64,000 nucleotides of DNA from Candidatus Heimdallarchaeota archaeon (GCA_020353515.1 CP070695.1:1335637-1399636); one strand, 5' to 3'. Positions 19,281 to 30,304 are shown, counted from the first letter of the stretch. The notes: generated by a model from the letters alone, not told the origin. Numbers and translations: made by a program.

Positions 19281-19499
19281 ATGTCTGCCAAAAAAAAGCT
19301 TTGTGATGTCGAAGGATGCTCAAGCGTTACTAAGAAGACCGTTTCAAGGGAAAAATCAGGAGCCGCGCTCAAAAAAGCTGGTCTTACTCTTAGTATTCGA
19401 GACAAAGTAACAAAAGTACATCTCTGTGCTGATCATTACCGTAAAATCAAAAAACAATTGAAAAAGGATCGTGAGATTGAAAGATTACGATGGGGTTAA
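19281..19499 (+). CDS. Small basic Zn-binding hypothetical protein
   Basis: CDVEGC ... LCADHY; 72 aa. Confidence 0.7.
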   Translation: MSAKKKLCDVEGCSSVTKKTVSREKSGAALKKAGLTLSIRDKVTKVHLCADHYRKIKKQLKKDREIERLRWG

Positions 19500-19560
19500 C
19501 TCCTTTCTTAAAACGAGAACTGAAGCTGCGTTAGGTATATCCTTTTTCGCTCCAAGAAAA

Positions 19561-20484
19561 TTACAGGAATTTTATTTCCATAGCGTCTTCAGGGCAAGCT
19601 GCAATACAATCCAAACAATTTGTACAAAGTGGATTTCTCACTTTTTCTGGTGGATCTGCAAGGATCCTGACACCCATTGGACAAACGTCCTCACAAATTC
19701 CACAGTGGGTACATTTTGATATATTTCGTCCAATTCCTACTAAAGAATATTTTCCAAGATGCCCCATAATGATTCCCACAGGACAAAACCAGCGACACCA
19801 ACCTCGTGGGACATAGATAACAAGAATGAAGGCAAAAATAAAAATAAAGAGTCGTAACCAAAAAATGACGTTAATTAACACAAATTTTTCCCAAATTATG
19901 AAGTTTTCAATTCCACCCCACCAAAATAACAATGGAATAGCTGTGAATAAGAATACTGAAGGACTTAATACGGCCCACGGCTGCTCTACAAATACATCAA
20001 AAGAGGCTTCGATGGTTGCCCTTTCTCCTAACGCAACATTAACTCCTATAAAGGTCGAAAGAAGTAAGGTAGCTCCAGTAATAAATTCACCGATTTGTCT
20101 GAGATTAAGGTTTGTATCCTGTGTGGGTTCGTATTTTCTGACCCATGAGGTTAGGTACCCTAAAAGATCTTGAAACATTCCAAATGGACAGCCCCAAGCA
20201 CAAAAAAGTCTCCCAAAAATGGAACCTATAAGAAAAAAGGCTGCAAGGGGGACTAAAGGTACAATAGCCGTTGTCAACATACGCTGTAAGAGAAAGAAAG
20301 CGCCTTCAGAACTTGAAAATATCGATCGCGGCATATTTATTGGTAAAACCAACCAAGTTGCACCAAAAAGGAAAAAAGTAAGATTCATCAAAATAAACAT
20401 GACAAATTGGACAAAAGTACGAAATATTCGGAGTTTTGTTAGATTTGTCTTTTTCTTCTTGTGCCAAGCCATTAAATAATGCAC
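19561..20484 (-). CDS. Membrane 4Fe-4S protein (NapH/MauN-like polyferredoxin)
   Basis: GRLFCAWGCPFG, RGWCRWFCPVG, two CxxCxxCxxxCP motifs, multiple TM segments. Confidence 0.9.
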   Translation of the reverse strand: MHYLMAWHKKKKTNLTKLRIFRTFVQFVMFILMNLTFFLFGATWLVLPINMPRSIFSSSEGAFFLLQRMLTTAIVPLVPLAAFFLIGSIFGRLFCAWGCPFGMFQDLLGYLTSWVRKYEPTQDTNLNLRQIGEFITGATLLLSTFIGVNVALGERATIEASFDVFVEQPWAVLSPSVFLFTAIPLLFWWGGIENFIIWEKFVLINVIFWLRLFIFIFAFILVIYVPRGWCRWFCPVGIIMGHLGKYSLVGIGRNISKCTHCGICEDVCPMGVRILADPPEKVRNPLCTNCLDCIAACPEDAMEIKFL

Positions 20485-20489
20485 CTCAC

Positions 20490-20636
20490 TTAAGGAATAG
20501 GAATTCCAGCTTTTGCGCTTTCAGTAATTTCTTTGATTATATCTTGAATTAGTTCAAATTGATTGGTTGAAATGGCAATGGTTAATAAGATTATACCGAC
20601 ACTTAGAGCAATTAGAGCTTTGGCATTGCTTTTCAT
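20490..20636 (-). CDS. Small single-TM hypothetical protein (48 aa)
   Basis: MKSNAKALIALSVGIILLTIAIS...; stop 5 nt before the 4Fe-4S gene. Confidence 0.5.
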   Translation of the reverse strand: MKSNAKALIALSVGIILLTIAISTNQFELIQDIIKEITESAKAGIPIP

Positions 20637-20776
20637 AACGAAAATTCCTTTGTATTTATAGCTAATAGGAAGCAGAATTAAGTTTAGACGTAAAGCTGTG
20701 CACTTATGTTCTCTTCTTAAATCTTCAGCAAAAAATGAGAGAAGGTCAATGAAAAAAAAAGATAACGAAAATCTTC

Positions 20777-22000
20777 TTAAAAGCCCCAATCTCTACTTTT
20801 GCTGAAACCATGAGCGATGATTCGGGCATCACCAAATTTCTTCAACATGGAGGGACTTCGGAGAGCTTTTAAAAATAATCGAAACTTTTGAAAGCTATTT
20901 AAAGTTGTAATATCCCAACCATCAACCCAAGAACCAAATGTTTCGATATCTTTAGCTGAAAATTTATTGTACAATATTTCATGTGCATGTTGAATGATTG
21001 GATCCATATAAGGGAATATTCGAAGCTTCTCCTGATATTCACTCATTTTTTGATCATCAAATTGATCATTTTCAAGAGCTTCGACTGCAGTTTGGCCAGC
21101 AAGCATACCTGAATGTATTCCGATAGCAATCCCTCCATAAAAGATTGTATTTGTAAGCCCAGCCGCATCTCCAGCAGCCATATAATGTTCACAATAATTC
21201 TTTCGTATCGGACCACTTGCTGGAATGATTCCAGCTATTTTAGCAAGTATATCTTTCTCATGATAATTATTAAACCCTAAGTGTCTAAGAAATTGATTCA
21301 AGACTTTTATAGGTTTCGACGCTAGATTTACTACAACTCCAATATTAGTATGGTTTTTCTTTGGGAATACCCAGCCATAATGCATATCTTTAAACTGTTG
21401 AAAATCAAAATAGAAATCTAGAGCGTCTGTTAACACTCCAGGAATTTTATATTCCACACCTTGTACATATTCAGTAGGAGGTTGCAATCCCATCATTTTA
21501 ACACTATGAGCAGAGGGCCCGTCACACCCAATAACAATTTTCGCCTCATGACTCCCATTTGTAGTATTAACTGTCAATCCCCCCTCTTTTCGGTTGATAG
21601 AGATAACTTGAGTTCCTAAATGCACTTCTACTCCTAAATCTTGAGCTTGCTTCGCCATAAGTTGATCAAAAAGAGGACGATTAATTGTTACAGTTTGGAG
21701 TTTTGCTGTAGCAACACCTTGCTTTCCAAAGAAGAAGCGCTGAGCATTAATCACCCTTTCGATAAAGGATTCACGCTGTTGAAGACGTAAAATTTCATCA
21801 TCAAGCTGGGTATCTATTTTTGGCATATTTTTTAGGGAAAGAAGTTTATTAGCTGAAATACCTTCTCCACAAGCTAGTGGGTGACCTATTATGGGATGTT
21901 CTTCGATTATGAGCGTTGTTAAGCCCTTTTTTGCTATTGTAGTTGCTGCTGATAAGCCTGTAGGGCCTCCACCAATAATAAGAACATCATAAACAATCAT
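20777..22000 (-). CDS. Geranylgeranyl reductase-family flavoprotein
   Basis: YDVLIIGGGPTG, ACGEG, R..FDQ, GCDG, YGWVFPK, AGDAAG; start taken at MIVYD. Confidence 0.9.
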   Translation of the reverse strand: MIVYDVLIIGGGPTGLSAATTIAKKGLTTLIIEEHPIIGHPLACGEGISANKLLSLKNMPKIDTQLDDEILRLQQRESFIERVINAQRFFFGKQGVATAKLQTVTINRPLFDQLMAKQAQDLGVEVHLGTQVISINRKEGGLTVNTTNGSHEAKIVIGCDGPSAHSVKMMGLQPPTEYVQGVEYKIPGVLTDALDFYFDFQQFKDMHYGWVFPKKNHTNIGVVVNLASKPIKVLNQFLRHLGFNNYHEKDILAKIAGIIPASGPIRKNYCEHYMAAGDAAGLTNTIFYGGIAIGIHSGMLAGQTAVEALENDQFDDQKMSEYQEKLRIFPYMDPIIQHAHEILYNKFSAKDIETFGSWVDGWDITTLNSFQKFRLFLKALRSPSMLKKFGDARIIAHGFSKSRDWGF

Positions 22001-22148
22001 ATTTCTCAGACTCCTACTTCTTATAAAGTTGAGACCATACAACACTAACCTAATCAGAACATTATAATCTAGCACTTGCATATTGAGTTATTTTAATTAA
22101 TAAAAAATCAATTAATAAAAATAGAATTATTGGACTCTGGGTTTATTT

Positions 22149-22463
22149 TTGCCACAAACACCTATTAGAATTGGAAAATGTTCAATTAAGATTCAGGGGA
22201 AGATTCTTGTTCAATTAGAGAATGAAAAACTTCCAAAAATCAGATCCCTTGCAAAAGTGAAAAGAAATAGCCAATTCAAGAAGATTGGAGAAGTTATCGA
22301 GGTTATTGGGTCAACTCGAAAGCCTTGGATTGTTATTTCGGCCCCCCAAAGCTCGTACAAGATGGTTCAGCTTGAAGAATATATTTTTACACAGGAAAGA
22401 TCGCAGAAAAAGAAAGGGAAAGAAAAGAAGAAAGCTAGAAAATCAAAAAAAAAAAGAAGCTGA
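22149..22463 (+). CDS. gar1: H/ACA RNP protein Gar1/Naf1-like
   Basis: KIGEVIEVIGSTRKPW core; Lys-rich tail; next to rps8e. Confidence 0.75.
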   Translation: MPQTPIRIGKCSIKIQGKILVQLENEKLPKIRSLAKVKRNSQFKKIGEVIEVIGSTRKPWIVISAPQSSYKMVQLEEYIFTQERSQKKKGKEKKKARKSKKKRS

Positions 22464-22562
22464 TATATAAAATTAATCATAATTATCCTTAAAATAATAG
22501 AGATTCGTGAAAGTGACGGTTTAATCGTCCTTCTTGAGACACCATTTAAGGAGAGCTATTCA

Positions 22563-22943
22563 TTGGCAAGATCACAAAAAAAATCCGTAAGGAAACCTAG
22601 TGGTGGGCGTTATCATGTTGCAGTTAAAAAGAAAAAACGTGACTTAGCACGACCCGCAGCCCAAACGATACTAGGTGAACCCCGTAAGAAAATTGTACGT
22701 ACACGGGGTGGGAACCGTAAAATTAGGCTTCAAAGTTGCCTTTATGCAAATATATCCTCTCTTAAAAAAAGAACTACAGAAAAAGTAGAAATTGAGGATG
22801 TCCTTGAGAATCCAGCCAATCGTGATTTTGCCCGGAGAAAGATTATTACAAAAGGTGCGATAATCAAGACAAAAAAGGGAAATGCAAGAGTAACGAGTCG
22901 TCCAGGACAAAATGGGACTGTTGACGCAGTTTTAATCACTTGA
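22563..22943 (+). CDS. rps8e: 30S ribosomal protein S8e
   Basis: [30 protein letters not shown]. Confidence 0.97.
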   Translation: MARSQKKSVRKPSGGRYHVAVKKKKRDLARPAAQTILGEPRKKIVRTRGGNRKIRLQSCLYANISSLKKRTTEKVEIEDVLENPANRDFARRKIITKGAIIKTKKGNARVTSRPGQNGTVDAVLIT

Positions 22944-23006
22944 TAGACAAGAATACATCTCTGTTTTCTTCCTACCAGCTCTAGAAACTATCTCAACTCA
23001 TTTTTA

Positions 23007-23903
23007 TTGCTTAGAGGAATTGTTTGCAATATGAATCATAAAGACTCAAATGAGTCAAGTAGAAAGAAAATAGAATCAAAGAATGTAAAAAAAGCTATTG
23101 CTTGGTTATTAGAAGCAACTAAACGAACTTTTAAAGGTCATACAAAATCCACATGGGTTTGGATAACCTTTTTTATAATAATATTCATTATTAGTGTTGT
23201 TATTTTGTTTCTTCAATATCAAGATGACACTTGGTTATTTGATAAAGTTGTACGCTGGTTTTTAATACCCATTATTGAGTTGGAAGCTTGGGGTTGGTTA
23301 TTTTTCCTTATTTTTATGGGTATTCAAGGAATATTAGTACCAATTCCATCAGAACTAGTTCTTCTATCCAGTGGACTTGTCTGGGGATTAGAAGGGGGTT
23401 CTATCCTAGGGATCATTGGTTCTTTGATTGCTGGTGTATTGACTTATTACATTGCAGTTCTCGGTGGACGACCAATGATGGAACGATTTCTAGGTCAAGA
23501 AAATCTTGATGTCCTTGACTTTTATATCGAGAAATACGGAGCAGTAACTATTCTTATAGCGAGGGCATTTCCTTTTATGGCTTTTGATCCAATTTCTTAT
23601 GCTTCTGGATTTTTGAAGATCAAGTTTAGAACTTACTTCATTGCTACATTAATTGGATCAATTATCAGATGCGTTTTCTATGCTTGGTTGGGATCGACTT
23701 TGTATGAAGGTAACCCAAGAGATTTAATAAATGATCCTAAAGCGGTACAAAGCTTCATTGATGTTGGATCAGCTCGATTTAATTTGATGCTTATAATTAT
23801 AGTTATCGTCTTGGGTTTTGCTTACCTATTTTACCAATTTCTTTTAATGCCTTACCTTAAAAAGAAGCGCTTTGAAGAAAAAAACCTGAATTCTCCCCTA
23901 TAA
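23007..23903 (+). CDS. VTT/DedA (TVP38/TMEM64) family membrane protein
   Basis: PIPSELVLLSSG..WG, LIARAFPFMAFDPISYASG, YFIATLIG. Confidence 0.9.
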   Translation: MLRGIVCNMNHKDSNESSRKKIESKNVKKAIAWLLEATKRTFKGHTKSTWVWITFFIIIFIISVVILFLQYQDDTWLFDKVVRWFLIPIIELEAWGWLFFLIFMGIQGILVPIPSELVLLSSGLVWGLEGGSILGIIGSLIAGVLTYYIAVLGGRPMMERFLGQENLDVLDFYIEKYGAVTILIARAFPFMAFDPISYASGFLKIKFRTYFIATLIGSIIRCVFYAWLGSTLYEGNPRDLINDPKAVQSFIDVGSARFNLMLIIIVIVLGFAYLFYQFLLMPYLKKKRFEEKNLNSPL

Positions 23904-24151
23904 TAGAAAGTTGTATGAATTTCAACATTTAACAGAGCTTAAATATCCTTAACAAGGTTCCTTTATTAGTCAAAGAATGAATAAACCAGTATGTATATAC
24001 CATATTTCTCAACAAGACAAACTTCAATAGGAAAGGTTCATGAATAAGCAATAAGAAATTATAAGTGTGGATTAGATATTTTCATACACGGTAATTTAAT
24101 GGGTAAATTAATAGGTTAAATGATAAATAAAGAGTCTGCTGCGGAGATTAC

Positions 24152-25855
24152 GTGATGGAAAAAAGCGATATACATGAATCTATACGTCAAAGTTCTCTTA
24201 AAAGACTCGAAGTAGATGATCACGAATTAGAAGAATGGTTAACATTAGCTGATTTTCCTGAAGATACACGAGTGAACCTGACCCCTCGTGGTCGTAGGTT
24301 TATATTTCAAAAAGATATTGTTTTAAAGAGTCTTGAACCAGTAGTTAGTCGTGCACAATGGTCACGCTATCGTTCTAATCCCGAAATGTCAATTCCTCTT
24401 TCTACAATACGGCTTTTAGTCGAAAATAAACGCGAATTATTCATGACATCGTTTACAGTAACAACGATTGGCACTAAGAAAAATCTCCTTCCTATTAAGT
24501 TGCCTATTAAAACTAAGAGTAATTCTCTTACTAAACTCTTAGCATTACTTGCTTTATCAAAAAACGTTTTTCTAACTGGTACTTATCAAACAAAAGATAA
24601 AAAACAGGTGGAAAGACTTATAGAGACCTTTGATTCAATATTTGATGTTCATCTCTGTCCTGAAGGTGAGATTACTCAGAATCAAAGAGGATTTTATGTT
24701 AAAATCCCGGTGCAAATATGTTCTGCTATAGTTAAAGCATTCACTGGAGATTTTCAAGCGAGTAACCAAGATATAATTCGTTCTATTATAAAATGTCAAG
24801 ATGAAAAAGATATAGTTGATTTTGTTATCACCTGGCTTAAATTTTCAAGAAATTATAGCGATCAAGAACATATCTATAAATTTCGGGTTAATGACGAGAC
24901 TCGAGAGTTAATCAAACTTATTGAAAAGATTGGCGTCAAATATAATGATGGGATGATCAGAGGGAAGATCAAAGATAGTAGCAATATTCAGAGTAATATT
25001 CCTGTTTATCTAATCCCTAATAATGAAGATAATAGAGTTATTTTAAGTGCTCATTCTTCTCGAGGGGAACGACTTCAAGCGAAAATTCAAAACCAAGAAG
25101 CGTGGATTGAAGAGCTAAAAGTTATCAAAGAAGATCTTGAGAACAAACTAGAACGAGTAACAGCAAGTAGTAATGAAAGTTTAACTTGGTCCCGTGCTGT
25201 AGACGAGCGAGACAGAGAGAATCTTACAGAAAAATTAGAGGAATTCGATCGGATTCTTCAAAAGACTCGTCGTGAAACTGCGGAATTAAAACGGATTTTA
25301 AATGAAAGTGATATGATTACTTCTGATGAATCAATAACCATTGACGATATGACAGATCCAAACGTAATTGATGGTCTTGATCGTTTACGAAAGGAAGTTG
25401 ATCGGTTAAAAGAACAATTATCTGAAATCAGTCGTTCACCAGGTCCTACTAAGGAATTAAGCTATAAGGTAACCCAAGAAATTACTATGAAATCTGAGCC
25501 CAGATCTCTCCTATCCATCGATTCTGAGCCTCAAGCATTATTAAAAACCTTTTTAGCTCATCCTGATAATTGGATTTTATTCATATTGAGTACTAAACAG
25601 GCTCTTTCTCATGAACAGATCCGAAATATCTTGGGAATTCCTTTAGAAAAACGAATGGATCTACATAAGCGACTCAATGATTTTGTAGACAGGAAAATTC
25701 TGAAAGTTGAAATTTCACCTGATGGAGAAGAACTCTATAGAATAGATAGATGGCAACAATCTGATCTCATAAGTGGTTATATTACAACACTTTTAGGGAA
25801 TAAGGAGATTGTCCCCTTAGAAATACGGCAACTAATTCGGAATGTTTTACGTTAA
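24152..25855 (+). CDS. Hypothetical multidomain protein: putative degenerate LAGLIDADG-like region, coiled coil, C-terminal winged helix
   Basis: 567 aa ORF; heptad-rich 300-430; C-terminal wHTH-like segment; N-half resembles intein-type endonuclease spacing (low certainty). Confidence 0.6.
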   Translation: MMEKSDIHESIRQSSLKRLEVDDHELEEWLTLADFPEDTRVNLTPRGRRFIFQKDIVLKSLEPVVSRAQWSRYRSNPEMSIPLSTIRLLVENKRELFMTSFTVTTIGTKKNLLPIKLPIKTKSNSLTKLLALLALSKNVFLTGTYQTKDKKQVERLIETFDSIFDVHLCPEGEITQNQRGFYVKIPVQICSAIVKAFTGDFQASNQDIIRSIIKCQDEKDIVDFVITWLKFSRNYSDQEHIYKFRVNDETRELIKLIEKIGVKYNDGMIRGKIKDSSNIQSNIPVYLIPNNEDNRVILSAHSSRGERLQAKIQNQEAWIEELKVIKEDLENKLERVTASSNESLTWSRAVDERDRENLTEKLEEFDRILQKTRRETAELKRILNESDMITSDESITIDDMTDPNVIDGLDRLRKEVDRLKEQLSEISRSPGPTKELSYKVTQEITMKSEPRSLLSIDSEPQALLKTFLAHPDNWILFILSTKQALSHEQIRNILGIPLEKRMDLHKRLNDFVDRKILKVEISPDGEELYRIDRWQQSDLISGYITTLLGNKEIVPLEIRQLIRNVLR

Positions 25856-25861
25856 TCTGGT

Positions 25862-26230
25862 TTAAAGTTCGTCAATGACTTTCAAAGCTTTTAGTAGTTG
25901 TTCTTTGTCATCTTTACTTTTTTCGGTTAAGCCAATAGCTGGTGATCTTTCTTGGAACTTTTCAATTTCTGGGATTTGTACTTCTTTTTGGAAAGGTTGA
26001 GGTTGTATAGAAGGTTTAATAACTGAGCTAGTGCTTTCTTCAGATTGAGGAAAAGGAGAAGTACTTAACGGGGGAATTCTTTCAAGTTTTTCTTTAATAT
26101 TAAGAATTTCCAATTGTAAGCTTTCGATTTTCTTATTTTGTTCTTGGATTTGGTCTCTAAGCAGTTTTGCAACCTTGGTAAGAGTCTGTATCTTTTTAGC
26201 ATTTGTTTCAATAGATAATTCTGTAGCCAT
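25862..26230 (-). CDS. Hypothetical coiled-coil protein
   Basis: N-terminal heptads, Pro/Ser linker, short C-terminal helix. Confidence 0.7.
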   Translation of the reverse strand: MATELSIETNAKKIQTLTKVAKLLRDQIQEQNKKIESLQLEILNIKEKLERIPPLSTSPFPQSEESTSSVIKPSIQPQPFQKEVQIPEIEKFQERSPAIGLTEKSKDDKEQLLKALKVIDEL

Positions 26231-26386
26231 TTTGAATCACATACAAAAAAAACTTAATTGAATTGATTCGATATAATAATTGACATCAAAGTTATAAGGA
26301 TTTAACTAAATATTTTTTTTGATTTAATGAAGAATAATTTGAAGTTAATCATTTAAGAGCTCATTATACGGTTTACGTGATAAGAC

Positions 26387-28918
26387 ATGACTCATTATCC
26401 ACATAATTCACTGTTTCCAGAAACAGATTATTTTGTTCTGAGTACAGTATATGATGCGGAAACAAATGGTGCTGGAATCAAATTATTTGATGTTGAAAGG
26501 AAAAAAGTGATATATACCACCGATACATACGGTCATGAGCCGTATTGCTATAGCTATGAACCTCTCGAAAAGATACAAGCCTTAAATTTTCCTCCTGAAA
26601 CGGTAAAAAGAATTGAGACTATAAAAAAGAGAAATCTACTAAAAGAAAGTGAAGATCCTCTCACTAAAATTATTACTCCCACTCCAAGTGAGGTTCCTAA
26701 AGTTAGAGACATTGTTGGGGAAACTTGGGAATCTAGAATCAAGTATCATCGGAATTGGATTTATGATATTCAAATTGTCCCTGGACGAAGGTACTGGTGG
26801 GATCCTGATCAAAATAAATTTATCCCTTCTCAAAGCAAAAGCCATGGTTTAGATATTCCAAAATCAGTGAATAACCAATTATCAAAATATTCTGGTCTCC
26901 TTGAGGTTTTCCGTGATGATTTTATCCAAGAAATTCCTGATATGCCAATAGTTGCTTGTGACATCGAAACAGAGTCAATAGAGGGACAAATTCCTCAAGC
27001 AGCTGATCCAAAATATCCAATAATTTGTATTTGTTTCGCTGATAATCAAGGAAAAGAAATTGCTTTAGTATTAAATCGGAAAGAGAGAAATAAAGGGATT
27101 AAACCCATCGACACATCACCTCATCTCCAAGTTGAGAGGTTTGATGCTGAGGAGGATCTCTTAAAACGAAGTTTCGAAATTTTAAAGCAATATACGATTA
27201 TCACAACCTTTAATGGAGATAATTTTGATTTTCCATACCTTCATGAACGCGCAAAAAAGCTGGCAAAAGATCTAAAAATTAGGATCTACAGCCCTATTAA
27301 ATGGAATCGTCGAGATAAAAGCTGTGATTTCAAGTTTGGTTTGCATCTAGATCTCTACAGATTCTATCATAATGTTGCTATTCGGACATATGCGTTTGGA
27401 AATCGATATCAAGAAGAAACTTTGGATGCTATCGCTCAAGGAATATTAGGGATTGGAAAAGTAGCACTTGAAAAAGCAATTTTTGATTTATCTGAATGGG
27501 ATCTGGTTTATTACTGCTCGAGAGACGCAAAAATTACTTTAGATCTACTCTTATTTGAAAATAAAACCCCATTAAATCTGATATTCATTTTATCCAGAAT
27601 CTCTAGAACACCAATTGATAATCTAGTCCGCACCAGTGTATCAAACTGGGTAAAAAGCCTATTTTTCTATGAACATAGGCGACGCGGTTGTCTCATTCCA
27701 AATCAAGAGGATATTCAAATAATAAAAGGCACACAGGCTAGTTCCAAAGCAATAATTAAAGGAAAGAAATACAAAGGTGCAACAGTGATTGATCCCGTCC
27801 CTGGTATTCATTTTAATGTAGCTGTTCTCGATTTCGCCTCCTTATACCCATCCATAATATCAACCTTTAATCTGAGTTATGAGACGCTTCTATGTAGTCA
27901 CGAAGAATGTCAAAAGAATAAGGTCCCTCAAACGGGATACTGGGTATGTGAACATAATCGCGGGATAGTAGCGGATGTTATCGGTTTTATAAAGGATGTC
28001 AGGGTTCAATGGTTAAAACCAGAAGCAAAAAAAGAGAGTTCGCAAAAAGAGTTTTATCAAATCTTAGAGAGAAGTCTGAAAGTCCTCATTAATGCCTCCT
28101 ATGGAGTTCTTGGGAGCGATAGATTTCAATTTTATTGTCTCCCTGTTGCTGATGCTACAACCGCATATGGTCGTGATGCTATCGAAAAAGCTATCCAAAA
28201 ATCCCAAGCTCTAGACATCAGTGTATTATATGGAGATACTGACAGTCTCTTTCTTCATAATCCTACTAAAGAACAGATAAATGAGATTATCAAATGGAGT
28301 AAGGAAGAACTTGGCGTAGGGTTAGAAATGGAGAAAATTTATCGCTATTTAGTATTTTCAGAGCGAAAAAAGAATTATTTTGGAGTATACCCTGACTCTA
28401 GTGTTGAAGTAAAGGGATTAATGGGAAAAAAGAGAAATACCCCTTCTTTTTTACAAAAAGGATTCAGGGAGGTTTTAGCTATTCTAGCTCAAGTTACAAC
28501 TAAAGAAGAGTTTGATGAAGCGAAAAAACAAGTCATTAATCTGATCCGTGGTATCTATCAGAAATTAGAGAAAAAACAGTATTCAGCAGCAGAATTAGCA
28601 ATTACTACCCAACTTACCCAGCCCTTACATCGTTATAAAGTCCAAGCTCAGCATGTTAAGGCAGCAAATCAATTAAATGAATATTACAAAAAAAAGAACA
28701 TCGATCTAGTGAAAGCTGGTCAATTGATTCGCTTTATTAAAACCAGGACAACGGATCGTGTCACTCCTCTTCTTTTGATGACGGATATTTCCAAAGTCGA
28801 CGTGAAAGCATACAAATCAATGATAGACTCGACCTTTGATCAATTATTTGGGGCACTAGATATTGAAGTAGAGGAGATTGCGACAGGTCAGGTAAATCTA
28901 ATGGAATTCTTTAGCTAG
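26387..28918 (+). CDS. polB: Family B DNA polymerase (PolB1-like)
   Basis: Exo DIET, FNGDNFD, YCSRD; pol YKGA, DFASLYPS, KVLINASYG, YGDTDS, KKNY. Confidence 0.96.
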   Translation: MTHYPHNSLFPETDYFVLSTVYDAETNGAGIKLFDVERKKVIYTTDTYGHEPYCYSYEPLEKIQALNFPPETVKRIETIKKRNLLKESEDPLTKIITPTPSEVPKVRDIVGETWESRIKYHRNWIYDIQIVPGRRYWWDPDQNKFIPSQSKSHGLDIPKSVNNQLSKYSGLLEVFRDDFIQEIPDMPIVACDIETESIEGQIPQAADPKYPIICICFADNQGKEIALVLNRKERNKGIKPIDTSPHLQVERFDAEEDLLKRSFEILKQYTIITTFNGDNFDFPYLHERAKKLAKDLKIRIYSPIKWNRRDKSCDFKFGLHLDLYRFYHNVAIRTYAFGNRYQEETLDAIAQGILGIGKVALEKAIFDLSEWDLVYYCSRDAKITLDLLLFENKTPLNLIFILSRISRTPIDNLVRTSVSNWVKSLFFYEHRRRGCLIPNQEDIQIIKGTQASSKAIIKGKKYKGATVIDPVPGIHFNVAVLDFASLYPSIISTFNLSYETLLCSHEECQKNKVPQTGYWVCEHNRGIVADVIGFIKDVRVQWLKPEAKKESSQKEFYQILERSLKVLINASYGVLGSDRFQFYCLPVADATTAYGRDAIEKAIQKSQALDISVLYGDTDSLFLHNPTKEQINEIIKWSKEELGVGLEMEKIYRYLVFSERKKNYFGVYPDSSVEVKGLMGKKRNTPSFLQKGFREVLAILAQVTTKEEFDEAKKQVINLIRGIYQKLEKKQYSAAELAITTQLTQPLHRYKVQAQHVKAANQLNEYYKKKNIDLVKAGQLIRFIKTRTTDRVTPLLLMTDISKVDVKAYKSMIDSTFDQLFGALDIEVEEIATGQVNLMEFFS

Positions 28919-30294
28919 TCGTAATACTTTCCAAGTTTAAAGATAGAGAATCCTTCAGTTTGATTCAAGTGGGGAAAAAGACGCTGAGCAAGAGGGAACT
29001 CGGGGCTAGGCGTACCAATGAAGATTTTCTGTTTTTGTAAGTAAAATTCAGGATGATCTCTTAAGAATCGTTGAATAACTGATTCATTTTCAATAGGATG
29101 AAGAGAGCAGGTAGCATATACCAAGGAAGCACTTGGGCTATTTTTGAGCTTGATAGAAATGTTTGATAGTAGAGAGTACTGTAAATTGCTCAACCATTTG
29201 GTTTGGTGACGATCTACACGCCATTTGGCGTCGGGTCGGGATGCAAAGGTTCCTGATCCAGAACAGGGAGCATCAACAAGGATTTTATCAAATTTAAGTT
29301 GTAAATTCAATCTCAATCGTAGATCATAGAGTAATGGTGAGATACTGTTTAGCATAAAGAGTTTAACCTTAGTTACTAATTCAGATAACCTTCTAAAGTG
29401 ATTATCGATAGCAATAATTCTTCCAGAATCCTCTTGTAACGCTGCAATGTGAAAAGTTTTTCCACCAGGAGCAGCACAAGCATCCAACACTGTTTCTCCT
29501 TTTTGTGGATCCAATATGTGAGATACTAATGCTGATCCTTTGTTTTGCATGTAATAATATCCTTTGGCGAAGGAACTAAGTCGTGGAATTGGTATCTTCC
29601 AAGAAGTGACTTTCACAACATCAAAGAGATGCGAATCTTGTTCGATTTCTACTTCTTCTTCTCTTAATTTGTCGATAATTTCTACTTTCTCATAATTCAA
29701 TAAATTCAGTCTTAAATAAACAGGTTGGATAATGTTATTTGACTTTAAGAGTTTTAGAGTGGTTTCTAATCCATAGTAGGAGATCCAGTCACGCACAAGC
29801 CATGTCGGGTGAGAATATTCTACTGATATCCTTTCTTCTGGATCTTCTATTGTCAAGAGGAATGAATCAAAATTCCAATTTTTTAGATTCTCAAAGTAAT
29901 TTTCAAGCAAAGACAATAATTTTGAGTCTTGAATTGAACTAAGAGTGAATTCTTGGATTTCTTCCTGAAAATGAGGACTTTTAAAATCCGATGATATAGT
30001 TAAACAATATGTAACAACACGTAAAAGGTTTCTTAGGTTTAATGAGATTTTATTTGAGAGAAAGCGCTGAAAGTGGATGTGGATGACTCGGTTGAGTACG
30101 TTTTGATATCGTACGGTTTCAAACACCAATGCGTGGATAAGAGAATAAATATCTGGAGTAATATTGTCAAAGAATTCCGGGAGAATTTTCATAGCATTTC
30201 TTAGGGATACTTGCTTTTCTTCATAATACGAAATTATGGTAGCTGCTGCATCTATAATGGTTAGACGATTTTTTGGATCACTTGAAAGGATCAA
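28915..30294 (-). CDS. RsmB/NOP2-family RNA m5C methyltransferase
   Basis: YSHPTW, DACAAPGGKT, DAPCSGSG, YATCS. Confidence 0.93.
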   Translation of the reverse strand: MILSSDPKNRLTIIDAAATIISYYEEKQVSLRNAMKILPEFFDNITPDIYSLIHALVFETVRYQNVLNRVIHIHFQRFLSNKISLNLRNLLRVVTYCLTISSDFKSPHFQEEIQEFTLSSIQDSKLLSLLENYFENLKNWNFDSFLLTIEDPEERISVEYSHPTWLVRDWISYYGLETTLKLLKSNNIIQPVYLRLNLLNYEKVEIIDKLREEEVEIEQDSHLFDVVKVTSWKIPIPRLSSFAKGYYYMQNKGSALVSHILDPQKGETVLDACAAPGGKTFHIAALQEDSGRIIAIDNHFRRLSELVTKVKLFMLNSISPLLYDLRLRLNLQLKFDKILVDAPCSGSGTFASRPDAKWRVDRHQTKWLSNLQYSLLSNISIKLKNSPSASLVYATCSLHPIENESVIQRFLRDHPEFYLQKQKIFIGTPSPEFPLAQRLFPHLNQTEGFSIFKLGKYYD

Positions 30295-30304
30295 CTAATC
30301 TCAT

